Shown here one piece after another: positions 10,710 through 21,216 of a DNA stretch of 64,000 bases. The position numbers were made by a program, and so were the translations under genes. The stretch covers positions 11,212-75,211 of the forward strand of contig SYEV01000051.1 in assembly GCA_005800655.1 (NCBI GenBank), in the 5' to 3' direction. Below the pieces are notes generated by a model. It was not told the origin of the DNA, did no database searches, and saw nothing but the letters and a program-made list of their open reading frames with translations. The number at the start of each line of letters is the position of its first letter. Position 1 is the stretch's first letter. The DNA is from Bacteroidota bacterium (lineage in GTDB: Bacteria > Bacteroidota > Bacteroidia > Chitinophagales > Chitinophagaceae).

Positions 10710-12125
10710 TTAATTACTCTTACTTTTATTAATAATTTTTTGAATTTCTTTTATCTCTGAAGCTAAAATAAAATACTCCAAAAAGCGTTTATCGTCTTCC
10801 TTTCTAACACTAACAATCAATGGATTCGGGCCATTAGTAATAATTTGATATTTTTCATTGATGCCATTAATTACATCACTTCTTACCTTTTTTTGCAACC
10901 CCACATTTTTGTCTTTGATACCTAATACACGATTTATTTGGTGTATTTCAATTTTTTGATTTGCTAATGATGCTTCTAAAAGCAAATCAATAAGTGAAAT
11001 TTCAGTACCCACAAATGCTTGACCTACTGATTTTGCTTTTAAATGCTTAAGCTGAGATAATACAATTCTTTGTTGAATTTTTTGTTTAAAAAGGCGCGTG
11101 GTGAAAAACACTATTAAAATAAATAGTAATATAAAGGCAACATATTTGTCACTGCCCGTATCTCTTCGCCAAATGGGAAATTGTAATAGTTCAAAATTGG
11201 ATAAGTTAAATGGTACTGTTTCAAATTGTCCGCTGAATGGATAATAAATATAAATCTGGCCTTTATATTCAAAAGTATTTTTGAAACCAATACGACGTAT
11301 AAAAAATTGATTGTAATCGGATTTTATAGACTTAAAAATTTTATTCTCAATGAAGTTGAAATAATATATCTCATCATTGATAATGTGCAAAAAGCCATTC
11401 TGGACAGACAAAAAAGCAGTTGGATTTTTATCTTCTTCAAATATCTTTTTGATACTTGGGTCGACCATCCCTAATGTAACCCATGCTTTTTGTTTCAAAT
11501 CCAAATAGTAACTTTCCCACTGACTTTCTAATTTATTTTCAGGAATAACTTTTAATCCAGCATTCATGATAGTTTGAAATGGTACAAACAGTTTTGCCTC
11601 TTTATTGGAGTACCATCGATACCCAATTGAAAAAATTTCATAATTCATAGGTACAATATCCCATTGCTTATCCATTACATTAAATTGTCGGATATGTCCA
11701 TTCGTTTTCCAAAAACCATAACCCCCATAACTATATAATTGATCCTGGTGTAAAAAATGATAACAGCCAATATTATAATTGATGTTAATGGTGCGATCAA
11801 TTCTTCTAAATTCAAGTAAACTATCTTTTTGACCAAATAGCTGGTAAACAAAACCAGTTTGCTGAATATTGACAAATAAATTGTTTTTATCCTTAATGAT
11901 CTCCTGACCATTCGGACCATAAAGCGTCCCTTGAACAGGAATCAGATAATTATCAGGGCTAAGATTAATATTGGCATCAAGGTCCTTGTAGGATAGAATT
12001 TTTTGTAAAAAAGGAGTTTATTTGACAAGATATACCGTGTCTAATTCGGAATGTTGCGCATTTGTTTGCGTAAAAGCTAAAATATTTATAAAAAAGATCA
12101 AAAATATATTTTTAACACAACTCAT
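10710..12125 (-). pseudogene. Membrane-spanning sensor/regulator-like gene interrupted by an in-frame TAA at codon 36
   Basis: ATG 12125 gives a signal peptide (MSCVKNIFLIFFINILAFTQTNAQ). After TAA at 12018-12020 the same frame stays open (LYSYGGYGFWK) into ORF 10710..11675, which has a TM helix and a basic C-terminal domain. Confidence 0.7.
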
Positions 12126-12260
12126 TGAATATCAATTTTTAAGTAGGTAAATAACTTATATTGTTTGTATAAATACAATTCAAAAATAAGAAATAACCTA
12201 TAAAGAAACTCAATTGGTAACATAATATCTAAATAAGATTATTGAAATCAATGATATTCG

Positions 12261-12324
12261 ACATAGCTTTTGGGGGAAAGCTATGGATTTTGTAAAGGGA
12301 GCCGGGAAACCAGCTCCCTTTTTT
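12261..12324 (+). ncRNA. Candidate small RNA or attenuator (two hairpins plus U-tract)
   Basis: Stem catagcttt/aaagctatg with TGGGGG loop; terminator-like gggagc..GAAA..gctccc TTTTTT; no + strand gene upstream. Confidence 0.4.
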
Positions 12325-12542
12325 ATTTTATTTGCCCCACAATACACCCCCATTGTCTTCAAAACTTATAATCAAACTATACTCGACCTCAATAGGTTAT
12401 TCACGTGCTTATAATTTTGCAACTATTTGATTTTCAATACGATAGTTATTCTTAACAATTTGGTAATATTGAAAATAGGGTAATCAAAGTCCAATCAAGC
12501 AAATTTGCGTGGCTCATTAAATTTAACAATAATACCTATTTT

Positions 12543-13190
12543 ATGGATTTGAATTCTATTTTTAAAATTTTCCTTCCAAAGGACCGTGTATTTTTTCAAT
12601 TATTTGAAGATGTAGCAGAGCATGTTTATGAAATGGGTGTTAAGCTAAAGGAAATGGTAACAGAACCAGATGCAGATAAAAGAGCAAACATTTTAGCGCA
12701 AATTGAAAACTTAGAACATATCAATGACGATTTAACACATAATATATTTACAGAACTAGGACGCAATTTTATCACCCCCTTCGATAGAGAGGATATCCAT
12801 TATTTAGCTACTTCACTTGATGACATTGCAGATTATATATATGCATCTGCTAAAAAAATTAATTTTTATAAGGTAAACCCTAATGATACTGGTATTCATA
12901 AATTAGCAGAATTGGTTTTACAAGGAACCATCGAAACCAAAAAGGTAGTATTAGGCTTACGTAATATGAAGAATATTAAGGAGATGACCGAGGCGATGAT
13001 CAAAGTAAATAGTATCGAGAATCAAGCGGATGATGTATTTGATATGAGTATCGAAAAATTGTTTGAACAAGAAAATGACTTTAAAGAGGTCATTAAGAAA
13101 AGAGAAATTTATCAAGTCCTGGAAATTGCTACTGATAAAATTGAAGACGTTTCAAATGTGATTGAATCCATTATTATCAAGTACGCTTAA
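12543..13190 (+). CDS. DUF47 / PhoU-like phosphate transport regulator
   Basis: FITPFDREDI, ENQADD motifs; directly upstream of a PiT transporter. Confidence 0.92.
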   Translation: MDLNSIFKIFLPKDRVFFQLFEDVAEHVYEMGVKLKEMVTEPDADKRANILAQIENLEHINDDLTHNIFTELGRNFITPFDREDIHYLATSLDDIADYIYASAKKINFYKVNPNDTGIHKLAELVLQGTIETKKVVLGLRNMKNIKEMTEAMIKVNSIENQADDVFDMSIEKLFEQENDFKEVIKKREIYQVLEIATDKIEDVSNVIESIIIKYA

Positions 13191-13201
13191 TCTAATTCAA
13201 G

Positions 13202-14914
13202 ATGACCCTATTAATTGTAATTATTGCGTTAGCATTAATATTTGATTATATCAATGGCTTTCACGATGCGGCAAACTCAATTGCTACGGTGGTTTCAACA
13301 AAAGTATTAACGCCATTTCAGGCTGTTTTATGGGCGGCTTTATTTAATGTTGTTGCCTTTTGGATTTTTAAAGATCACGCGGTTGCAAATTCAATTAGCA
13401 AAACGGTTTACAAGGACTTCATTACATTACCTGTAATATTTTCAGGTTTACTTGCTGCTATTTTTTGGAACTTACTTACTTGGTGGTATGGTATCCCTTC
13501 CTCTTCCTCACATACATTAATTGGAGGCTTTGCTGGTGCAGCTATTGCCCATGCACTTATGATTAAAGGGATTGATTATTCTTGGGCTAAAATTGTTGAC
13601 GCGGATACTATTTTAAAAACAATATTGTTTATATTTTTAGCGCCCATCATTGGAATTATTATTTCCATTTTTATTACAGTAGTCACCATTATGCGTAATG
13701 TTTGGATACGTTTATGTATCATTTCGGTGGTTACATTAGCAACTGTATTGATGTTTGACCATTTTGAAGCATCTAAAATGAACGAAAATATTCAAAAGTT
13801 TTACGGTATTGATAAGTACAAAAAAGAAGTTTCCAATATTAAAGAAGAACTTAGAACCAACAAATCAGACACGACACTATTGGCTAACTTAGCAATCAAT
13901 GAGGAAAAGTTATCTAAAGCCTCAGCGTTTTACGAACAAATAAAACCTGCTGTAGATAATTTTGATGTGTTGGGTGCTGATTCCATTGCTGCAATGGCAA
14001 GTTCAAATGGATGGCTAAAAACTGTCGCTATTAGTCGATTAAAAGATGAAGTTAGAAACGCAAATGACTTTTTGGTTTTGGAAGCTAAGGCGCCAGAAAA
14101 TAAAGACGCAAAAGCTGAATATGCTATTGCTAAAACAACTACAGAAGGTTATAAAGCTCCTTTAAAATTATATCTGGAAGGTGCCATTGATTTAGATTCA
14201 ACACTTATTTTAGTAAATAGTATTTATCCAATTCAATCAAAGAATATAGTTAAGGTTAAAGCGAAAATTACCAAATTCAATATTGAAAAATCTTTTTCAA
14301 AAGAAATTGATAAAGCAGACAATTCAATGATTGTTTATGGAATCATTGAATCCTCTATCTTATTTATGTTGGTTTACATCTATGTTGAAAAAATAAAAAC
14401 GCCAACAGCACTTAGTGTTGCATACATGTTTAAAAAATTACAGTTGTTTAGTTCCGCTGCATTTAGTATTGGTCACGGTGGTAATGATGCGCAAAAAGTA
14501 ATGGGTATCATTGGAGCCGCATTAATAGCTAGTGGAAGTATTCAAGATTTTGGCCAACTTCCTAATTGGGTGCCGATTTCTTGTTATTTAGCAATTGGTT
14601 TGGGCACCATGAGTGGCGGCTGGAAGATAATTAAAACAATGGGGTCTCGCATTACTAAAGTAACCCCTTTGGAAGGCGTTGCTGCTGAAACGGCAGGGGC
14701 ATTTACCTTATTTTTTACTGGACAAATGGGTATTCCTGTTTCAACAACACATACCATCACCGGATCCATCATCGGTGTAGGCGCTACTAAAAGATTAAGC
14801 GCTGTAAGATGGGGTGTCACTACCAACTTATTATGGGCTTGGGTATTAACCATTCCTGTTAGTGGTGTGTTAGCTGCAATTACTTATTTCATTGTTAGTT
14901 ATTTTACTAAATAA
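13202..14914 (+). CDS. pit: Inorganic phosphate transporter (PiT family) with large internal insertion
   Basis: NGFHDAAN, PSSSSH, GHGGNDAQK, PVSTTH signature motifs. Confidence 0.92.
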   Translation: MTLLIVIIALALIFDYINGFHDAANSIATVVSTKVLTPFQAVLWAALFNVVAFWIFKDHAVANSISKTVYKDFITLPVIFSGLLAAIFWNLLTWWYGIPSSSSHTLIGGFAGAAIAHALMIKGIDYSWAKIVDADTILKTILFIFLAPIIGIIISIFITVVTIMRNVWIRLCIISVVTLATVLMFDHFEASKMNENIQKFYGIDKYKKEVSNIKEELRTNKSDTTLLANLAINEEKLSKASAFYEQIKPAVDNFDVLGADSIAAMASSNGWLKTVAISRLKDEVRNANDFLVLEAKAPENKDAKAEYAIAKTTTEGYKAPLKLYLEGAIDLDSTLILVNSIYPIQSKNIVKVKAKITKFNIEKSFSKEIDKADNSMIVYGIIESSILFMLVYIYVEKIKTPTALSVAYMFKKLQLFSSAAFSIGHGGNDAQKVMGIIGAALIASGSIQDFGQLPNWVPISCYLAIGLGTMSGGWKIIKTMGSRITKVTPLEGVAAETAGAFTLFFTGQMGIPVSTTHTITGSIIGVGATKRLSAVRWGVTTNLLWAWVLTIPVSGVLAAITYFIVSYFTK

Positions 14915-14916
14915 GA

Positions 14917-14962
14917 AATTACCATAATATTTAGGTGCTTCGCGCCAAATATTATGGTAATT
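14917..14962. terminator. Long stem-loop after the pit operon
   Basis: aattaccataatattt...aaatattatggtaatt arms with a GC inner stem; no clear U-tract. Confidence 0.55.
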
Positions 14963-15000
14963 CTGCTTCCCTAAATATATTTTAAGGTCTAAATTTGTAC

Positions 15001-17064
15001 ATGCAAATTAAAAGGTGCCTCTTTTTCTTTTTGTTCCTTATTGTTTATTATAATTCCAATGCGCAGGATTCTAGTTACAACAATTTGTCGCCAGTAATTG
15101 TAACGGCTAATAAATTGAAAGAAAAGCGTTCTCAAGCGCCCATTGCGATTTCAATTTTATCATCAAAGTTAATTGAGGAAACAAAGGCCCAAAGAATAGA
15201 TGCGCTTTTAAACAAAGTGAGCGGTGTTTATATGCCCACGATTGGGGGCGAACAACACATGATGTCCATCAGACAACCTATCTCATTAAAGGGGTTATAT
15301 TTATTTTTAGAAGATGGGATGCCCATCAGAACCAGTGGTTTATTTAGTAATAATGCGCTGATTGAAATTAATACAGCTAATATTTATTCCATTGAAGTGA
15401 TCAAGGGACCCGCGAGTGCATTATATGGTGCTGAAGCCATTGGCGGTGTAGTGAATTTTTTATCGCAACCAGCACCAAGTAAAAAAACACTTAATTTAAC
15501 TACCCAAGTAAATAATACCGGTTTTACAAAAATAGATATCGCGGGTGGTATACCCACAAAAAAAGGAGGTTGGGCTATAAATGGCTCCTTTACGAATCAA
15601 AAAAATGGCGCTACTGAATTCAGTGATTTTAATAAAAAAGCATTTTCAATAAAAAAAGAATTTGTCATCAATAAAAAGTTAAAGGGATATCAAACCCTTA
15701 ATTATATTGATTATTATACACAAATGACCGGATCATTAGACAGTATTAAATTTTCGCAAAAAAATTTTAGCTCACAGCAAACTTTCACTTTCCGAAAAAT
15801 TAAGGCTTTACGATTAAGGCAAAATTTACAATACGATTGGAATTCAAACGTAAGTACTACCCTTAATTTGATGTATCGCAATAATACCATGGACCAAAAC
15901 CCCTCTTATTCTATTGGATCTACTAGCAACCCTACAAAATTCAGAGGTCAAATTAATAGTAATCAATTTGATGCCTATGTTATAGATATCCAACACTCCT
16001 GGAACTTACAATCGCTAAATAGCAAGTTATTCATTGGGGGCTACTGGGATTTTACCCCACAAAATTTAGTCGCAAACTATATAGATATTTTTAAAGACAC
16101 TGCAATTGGTAAATACACAAAATATAGTTATCCAACGAAGGATTCCTTGGTTACCTCCTACGAGACAGAATTAAATAACAAAGCTATTTATGCAAATTAT
16201 ATTTTTGATATCAATAAATATATTCGTTTGAATGCATCTATTCGTTACGATGACTTTACCTACTTATTTAATAATCAATTAACTACCGGCACACCCTCGG
16301 CCAATAATCATTTTACCAATTGGACGCCAAAGCTAGGTATCAATTATAATAAAAAGCAACATGGTGTTTATGTTAACTACAGCGAAGGGTTTGTGCCACC
16401 TCAGATTACTGAAATTTACAATGCCATCCGAGTTCCTTTTTTATTACCTCAAAAATTTAAAAATTTTGAAATAGGCAGTTGGTATCAAAGCAAAAATATA
16501 TACGCGGAAGTTGCTATCTACCAACTGAATGGCACCAATGAAATTATTTCAGTGCGACAAACAGACGGTGTTAATCTTAATCAAAATTCAGGGGCAACCA
16601 AACATATTGGTATTGAATATCAATTAAGATATCAATTAAACGCACAATGGGAATTACTAATCAATGGAACCAACACAAAACATACTTATGTCAATACATT
16701 GATTAAAGGAACAGATGTGAGTGGCAATGAAATGAATGCAGCACCGCGTAATTTTACAAATATTACCGCAACCTGGAAGCCTAATTCTAAATGGAGATTA
16801 TCCATCGAGGAATTACATCAGTCTAAATATTATATGGATGAAACAAACACCACTAGCTATGGGGGGTTTAATGTTTTAAATTTACGTTTTGGATATACGT
16901 TAAAAAGGACCGAACTATGGTTAAATGTATTAAATCTTACGAATGCCTATTATTCAACAATGGCAACCAAAAACTTTAGTGTGAAAGGCACAAGTGCCTA
17001 TTCTTATTATTTAGGTGATCCAAGATCAATTACCGTTGGATGGCGATGGCATATAATAAAATAA
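15001..17064 (+). CDS. TonB-dependent receptor
   Basis: Signal peptide; VIVTAN; IEVIKGPASALYGAEAIGGVVN plug motif; C-terminal barrel strand. Confidence 0.9.
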   Translation: MQIKRCLFFFLFLIVYYNSNAQDSSYNNLSPVIVTANKLKEKRSQAPIAISILSSKLIEETKAQRIDALLNKVSGVYMPTIGGEQHMMSIRQPISLKGLYLFLEDGMPIRTSGLFSNNALIEINTANIYSIEVIKGPASALYGAEAIGGVVNFLSQPAPSKKTLNLTTQVNNTGFTKIDIAGGIPTKKGGWAINGSFTNQKNGATEFSDFNKKAFSIKKEFVINKKLKGYQTLNYIDYYTQMTGSLDSIKFSQKNFSSQQTFTFRKIKALRLRQNLQYDWNSNVSTTLNLMYRNNTMDQNPSYSIGSTSNPTKFRGQINSNQFDAYVIDIQHSWNLQSLNSKLFIGGYWDFTPQNLVANYIDIFKDTAIGKYTKYSYPTKDSLVTSYETELNNKAIYANYIFDINKYIRLNASIRYDDFTYLFNNQLTTGTPSANNHFTNWTPKLGINYNKKQHGVYVNYSEGFVPPQITEIYNAIRVPFLLPQKFKNFEIGSWYQSKNIYAEVAIYQLNGTNEIISVRQTDGVNLNQNSGATKHIGIEYQLRYQLNAQWELLINGTNTKHTYVNTLIKGTDVSGNEMNAAPRNFTNITATWKPNSKWRLSIEELHQSKYYMDETNTTSYGGFNVLNLRFGYTLKRTELWLNVLNLTNAYYSTMATKNFSVKGTSAYSYYLGDPRSITVGWRWHIIK

Positions 17065-17126
17065 GAAGCCGTTGGGCTTCTTATTTATATTTTTTAGACC
17101 GCGTTATACGAGCGTTACTTTTTATA

Positions 17127-17984
17127 CTAATTATCTCGTCCTACGCTAATCCTCATTCCACCCATTCCACCACCTCTTTGCATATCCTTCATGATGGTTT
17201 GCATTTCTGTTTGAAATTGTGCGCGGTTTAATTTTTTCCCTTTAGTAGGTTGCTTTAATTCTTTAGCGGAAAATTTAGGAATATAGTTAATTGCTGATAT
17301 TACATTACCTCCATTGTCACTATCCACTTCTAAAATTGCACCCGGTAAGCCACTATAAGTATCAGGCCCAATAGATAAAGGAATCGCTTCTGTATACCAA
17401 ACCACTAATTGAATTTCATTTGGTTTTTTTTCTGCTTGCTTTGTCGTATCACCGTTTCTTCCGCCACCGCCACGACGATCACCGCCACCAAAACGCATAG
17501 TAAATGCCATTGGGGCTACTGTGGTAGTTGCTTTTTTACACACGTAATTAGCAATCGTTTTAGTTTCATCAGATAGTTTCCAGCTATTTGGCTTTAAGGT
17601 ATCAATGATTAAATATTCATTTTCAAATATAGAACGCGCTTCATATTGCATTTGTGAGGCAATATCTGTGTACGTATTTGTTTCTGGCATTCTGAACATG
17701 AAACCCATCCCTCTTGAACCACCACTGCCGGGTGCACCACTATTTGCGAAAGGATCAGGTGCATCTTCATTCGGAAGCGTTTTAAAAACGGTTGCTTGCT
17801 CATTGAAAATAAGTTCAAATTTTTCAGATCTAAATTCGGGAATATTACGTCTCATTTCAGGATCCGTAATCATTCGATGCATATTAATTTTTCTTTCGAA
17901 AATTAATTTTCCATCTTTTACTTGAGCCATTGTTTGCGATAACGATAATACAACCATCGTTACCAATAAAATCATTTTACGCAT
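17127..17984 (-). CDS. GLPGLI-family protein
   Basis: ETKTIANYVCKKA, WYTEAIP, GPDTYSGLPGAILE motifs. Confidence 0.9.
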   Translation of the reverse strand: MRKMILLVTMVVLSLSQTMAQVKDGKLIFERKINMHRMITDPEMRRNIPEFRSEKFELIFNEQATVFKTLPNEDAPDPFANSGAPGSGGSRGMGFMFRMPETNTYTDIASQMQYEARSIFENEYLIIDTLKPNSWKLSDETKTIANYVCKKATTTVAPMAFTMRFGGGDRRGGGGRNGDTTKQAEKKPNEIQLVVWYTEAIPLSIGPDTYSGLPGAILEVDSDNGGNVISAINYIPKFSAKELKQPTKGKKLNRAQFQTEMQTIMKDMQRGGGMGGMRISVGRDN

Positions 17985-18020
17985 ATGCTGTTTTTAATGT
18001 GTTTATAAAGATAATTAAAT

Positions 18021-20828
18021 TTACATTCTAATGGTCATTCCTCCTGCTCTACCACCATTACCACCTAAGCCAGACTTTTGTAAACTATAGATAAAGCTTA
18101 ACATAAAGTATTGGTTAATAACATTATAAAACTGATCAACAATCTGGTTTTGAGATACATTACGGCTAATGCCCGCATTTTTATTCAAAATATCAAAAGC
18201 ACTTATTTTTAATTCAGCGCGCTTGTTCTTCATGAAAAATTTAGAGAAATTTGCATTCCAGATAGGGATGGCGGTATTAAATCCTTCCGCACGACCTGAG
18301 TTAATCGTATAATTCAATGACTGATTTATTAAAAAATCAAAGGGTAAATAATTATTCATTTCAGCACCAAATACCTTTGTTAAAAAATTGGTATTTAACC
18401 CTGAATTAATTTTATTGTTGGTTTGACTATAGGAGTAACGTGCAGATAAATCTATATCAATCTTTTCATCAATTTGAAAACTATACCTAAAGGAGGGTCC
18501 AAATGATTTTGTAACAATCGTATTTAATAAACCATTGGTGTATGAAATATTATTATTCAATCCTGTATTCAAGCCAAAATTAAATCTTGAATATATCTTC
18601 TTCATTCCAAAGCCATAATTCAATGAACCAAATACACGATAAGCCCCGTTAACGTTGACTGGTTTAGAAAGTATCACTCTTGATGGCAAAATACTATCGT
18701 AGTTAATGATAGAATTATTGGTAGTTGATGCATTTACAAGTGCAAAGAAATTCTTTTGAGAAATTACTTTCGACGAGAAGAATCTAATATTCATATTGTG
18801 CTGGTAGCTTCGCTTCAGATCCGGGTTACCAATAGTTTGTCTATTGATATTACTTTGATCCAATACCGGTTGTAATTGGGTTAAGGAAGGTTGATTGGTT
18901 GAAGTACGATAATCAATGTTCAAATTTTTAGTTTGAGAAAAATTATATCGAAATGTTGCAGATGGCAAGATGTCATTAAAATTCTGATTCAATTTTGTTT
19001 TTGCACTTATATTTTCCCCATTCAATTTTGCATTTTGAACGGCAAATCCGGAAGCAAAATTGAATTTACGTTGATTGGTACGATAATTCATACCTCCGCC
19101 CGAGTAGGTATACTCGCTATTAAATTCATTGGTTAAGCGGGTATTTAAAATTCCAGTATTGTCGTTTGCAGTTTTATCATATACCTTTCTACTACTGCTG
19201 CCAATGCTTTGACTTAAGTAAGCATTCATTTCTAACAAGGATCTTTTTCCTAATGGCTCTGTATAAATCACATTCGCCGAATAAGTGGTCGTATTTCCTT
19301 TACGTAAATTTCGTTGGTCTAAAATTGAATCTTTAACCTTAAGCCCTCCATTAAAAAATTCTTGCGATGTATATTGAAGGCCACTTGAATTAGATGTGTT
19401 ATATCCATTAGTAATCGTAGATGATATAGTACGGCCTTTTTTTACAAACTTTTTCTTTAACAATAATGTATTATTAAAATTCATTGCATCAGTTGCATTC
19501 GAAGACGTTGTTGCATTACTATTTGTTTTTGTTCCGTTTGGCAAAAAGGTTTCAGAACTTGATTCACTTTCTGAGGTACCATTTGAAAGCCCAATACTTG
19601 GGGTCAATTTGTAAGAAAAGGATTCAGAAACTTTATGATCAATCGTAGTTCCAAGACTTTGTTGCTTGCTTATTGATTTACTTTGAGAATTATCATATCG
19701 GTTAAATAAATTTCCTGGCGTTAAATTTTGTGTATAGGAATTACTTTTATTTAAACGATCAATATCACTCAAGGATAAATTCGCATTAAAATCAGTTTTT
19801 TTATCATTAAATACATTAGAGTAATTACCGCCACCTGAAATAGTGGTAGCAACTCCTTCGCCTCCGCCGCCACCATTTCCACCACCACCGCCAAAGGAGA
19901 TGGAAACGCCACCACCGCCACCGCCCGGACGGCCACCACCTCCGCCCCCAGAGAAGCTTGAAAAGTCACGCGCTGAAAAATCCTGGCGATTAATATTATT
20001 ACCAGAACCAATAATAGAGAACTGCTCATCATTATTAATTCTATTTAAATTTCCTCTTAAATCAAAACGTTCCGGAACTCCACCACCACCTGTTAACTTA
20101 CCAAAATTGGATTGGTTTCTGTCCTTTTTAACTTTTAAGTTAATCGCTGTTTCTTCGCTACCATCATCAATACCAGTAAACATGGATTGATCTGATTTGC
20201 GATCATATACTTGAATTTTATCAATCGCATCCGCTGGTAAATTACGCGTAGCCATTTTAGGATCGCCTGTAAAAAATTCCTTACCATTCACAAATACCTT
20301 GGTGACTGTTTTACCATTCACTGTAATTGCACCTGATTTATCCACCTCAATACCTGGCATCTTTTTCAATAAATCCTCCACCACTGCATTAGGTGCAGTT
20401 TTGAAGTTTTCCGCATTAAATTCAATGGAGTCCCCATTGATCACCACAGGAGGCCTTCTTGCAGTAACTGTCACTGTTGACAAACTGCTTGCATCTTGCA
20501 TATAAATATTGGATAAATCTATAACTGCATTTTTGCCAGTCTTAAAAGCAATCCATTGTTGTAAAAAACCAACATAGGAAATGGATATTAAATAACTTCC
20601 CGCAGGAACGGATTTAACAGAAAAATCCCCTTTATCGTTACTTCTTGCGAAGCTCACTAATGAAGAATCCTTTGCTTTTACAATTGAAATGGTTGCAGAA
20701 GCTAAATTTCGCTTGCTTACACTATCCACAACCGTACCCTCAATGGTAAATGTTTGTGCCATACCCAACAAACTCATCCCCAAAAACACCGTTAACAAAA
20801 ATCCTTTCATTTTGATTATTTTATTCAT
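18021..20828 (-). CDS. Outer-membrane beta-barrel protein (carboxypeptidase-regulatory-like domain, plug, barrel), GLPGLI-associated
   Basis: EDLLKKMPG, VNGKEFF, NLPADAIDKIQV, GNPDLK motifs; Gly-rich loop. Confidence 0.85.
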   Translation of the reverse strand: MNKIIKMKGFLLTVFLGMSLLGMAQTFTIEGTVVDSVSKRNLASATISIVKAKDSSLVSFARSNDKGDFSVKSVPAGSYLISISYVGFLQQWIAFKTGKNAVIDLSNIYMQDASSLSTVTVTARRPPVVINGDSIEFNAENFKTAPNAVVEDLLKKMPGIEVDKSGAITVNGKTVTKVFVNGKEFFTGDPKMATRNLPADAIDKIQVYDRKSDQSMFTGIDDGSEETAINLKVKKDRNQSNFGKLTGGGGVPERFDLRGNLNRINNDEQFSIIGSGNNINRQDFSARDFSSFSGGGGGGRPGGGGGGVSISFGGGGGNGGGGGEGVATTISGGGNYSNVFNDKKTDFNANLSLSDIDRLNKSNSYTQNLTPGNLFNRYDNSQSKSISKQQSLGTTIDHKVSESFSYKLTPSIGLSNGTSESESSSETFLPNGTKTNSNATTSSNATDAMNFNNTLLLKKKFVKKGRTISSTITNGYNTSNSSGLQYTSQEFFNGGLKVKDSILDQRNLRKGNTTTYSANVIYTEPLGKRSLLEMNAYLSQSIGSSSRKVYDKTANDNTGILNTRLTNEFNSEYTYSGGGMNYRTNQRKFNFASGFAVQNAKLNGENISAKTKLNQNFNDILPSATFRYNFSQTKNLNIDYRTSTNQPSLTQLQPVLDQSNINRQTIGNPDLKRSYQHNMNIRFFSSKVISQKNFFALVNASTTNNSIINYDSILPSRVILSKPVNVNGAYRVFGSLNYGFGMKKIYSRFNFGLNTGLNNNISYTNGLLNTIVTKSFGPSFRYSFQIDEKIDIDLSARYSYSQTNNKINSGLNTNFLTKVFGAEMNNYLPFDFLINQSLNYTINSGRAEGFNTAIPIWNANFSKFFMKNKRAELKISAFDILNKNAGISRNVSQNQIVDQFYNVINQYFMLSFIYSLQKSGLGGNGGRAGGMTIRM

Positions 20829-21216
20829 ATTATAAAATTACGACACAATTCGTAAATAGTTGGTTTTGCAGGCTTTTAAGGACCCGGTTTTTATATAAAA
20901 CAGCTCATTTTTGGATAAGCGGTAATTTCAAATTAAAATTGGGTGGTTACACCCCCTTTTAGCGCTTTTTAAAGCTAAATGGTCATGTAAGCAACCGCCT
21001 TTTGACGTTTATTATGGTGGATAGTTTAACCAAAATATAGGTTTTTATATGAACGGGGGTTTCGCTATTTGGGACCCTATCAATAACATGTTAACCGGTG
21101 CACTAAAAAACTAAAAATGAAGCCAAACCTACTTTAACAAAAGACACCCTGAATTACATAAACGATGATTTAACTGTACTTATTTTATTGTAAATTTATT
21201 TTCTAAAAATAGGTAT

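Noticed and set aside
11675-11920. 81-aa ORF as a separate gene
   Set aside because: It is an alternative frame inside the interrupted gene 10710..12125, whose frame gives the recognisable motifs.
19843-20190. Poly-proline ORF on the + strand
   Set aside because: It is the antisense shadow of the Gly-rich loop of the outer-membrane protein.
20829-21216. Long intergenic region as riboswitch or ncRNA
   Set aside because: Only short inverted repeats; adequately explained as divergent promoters.
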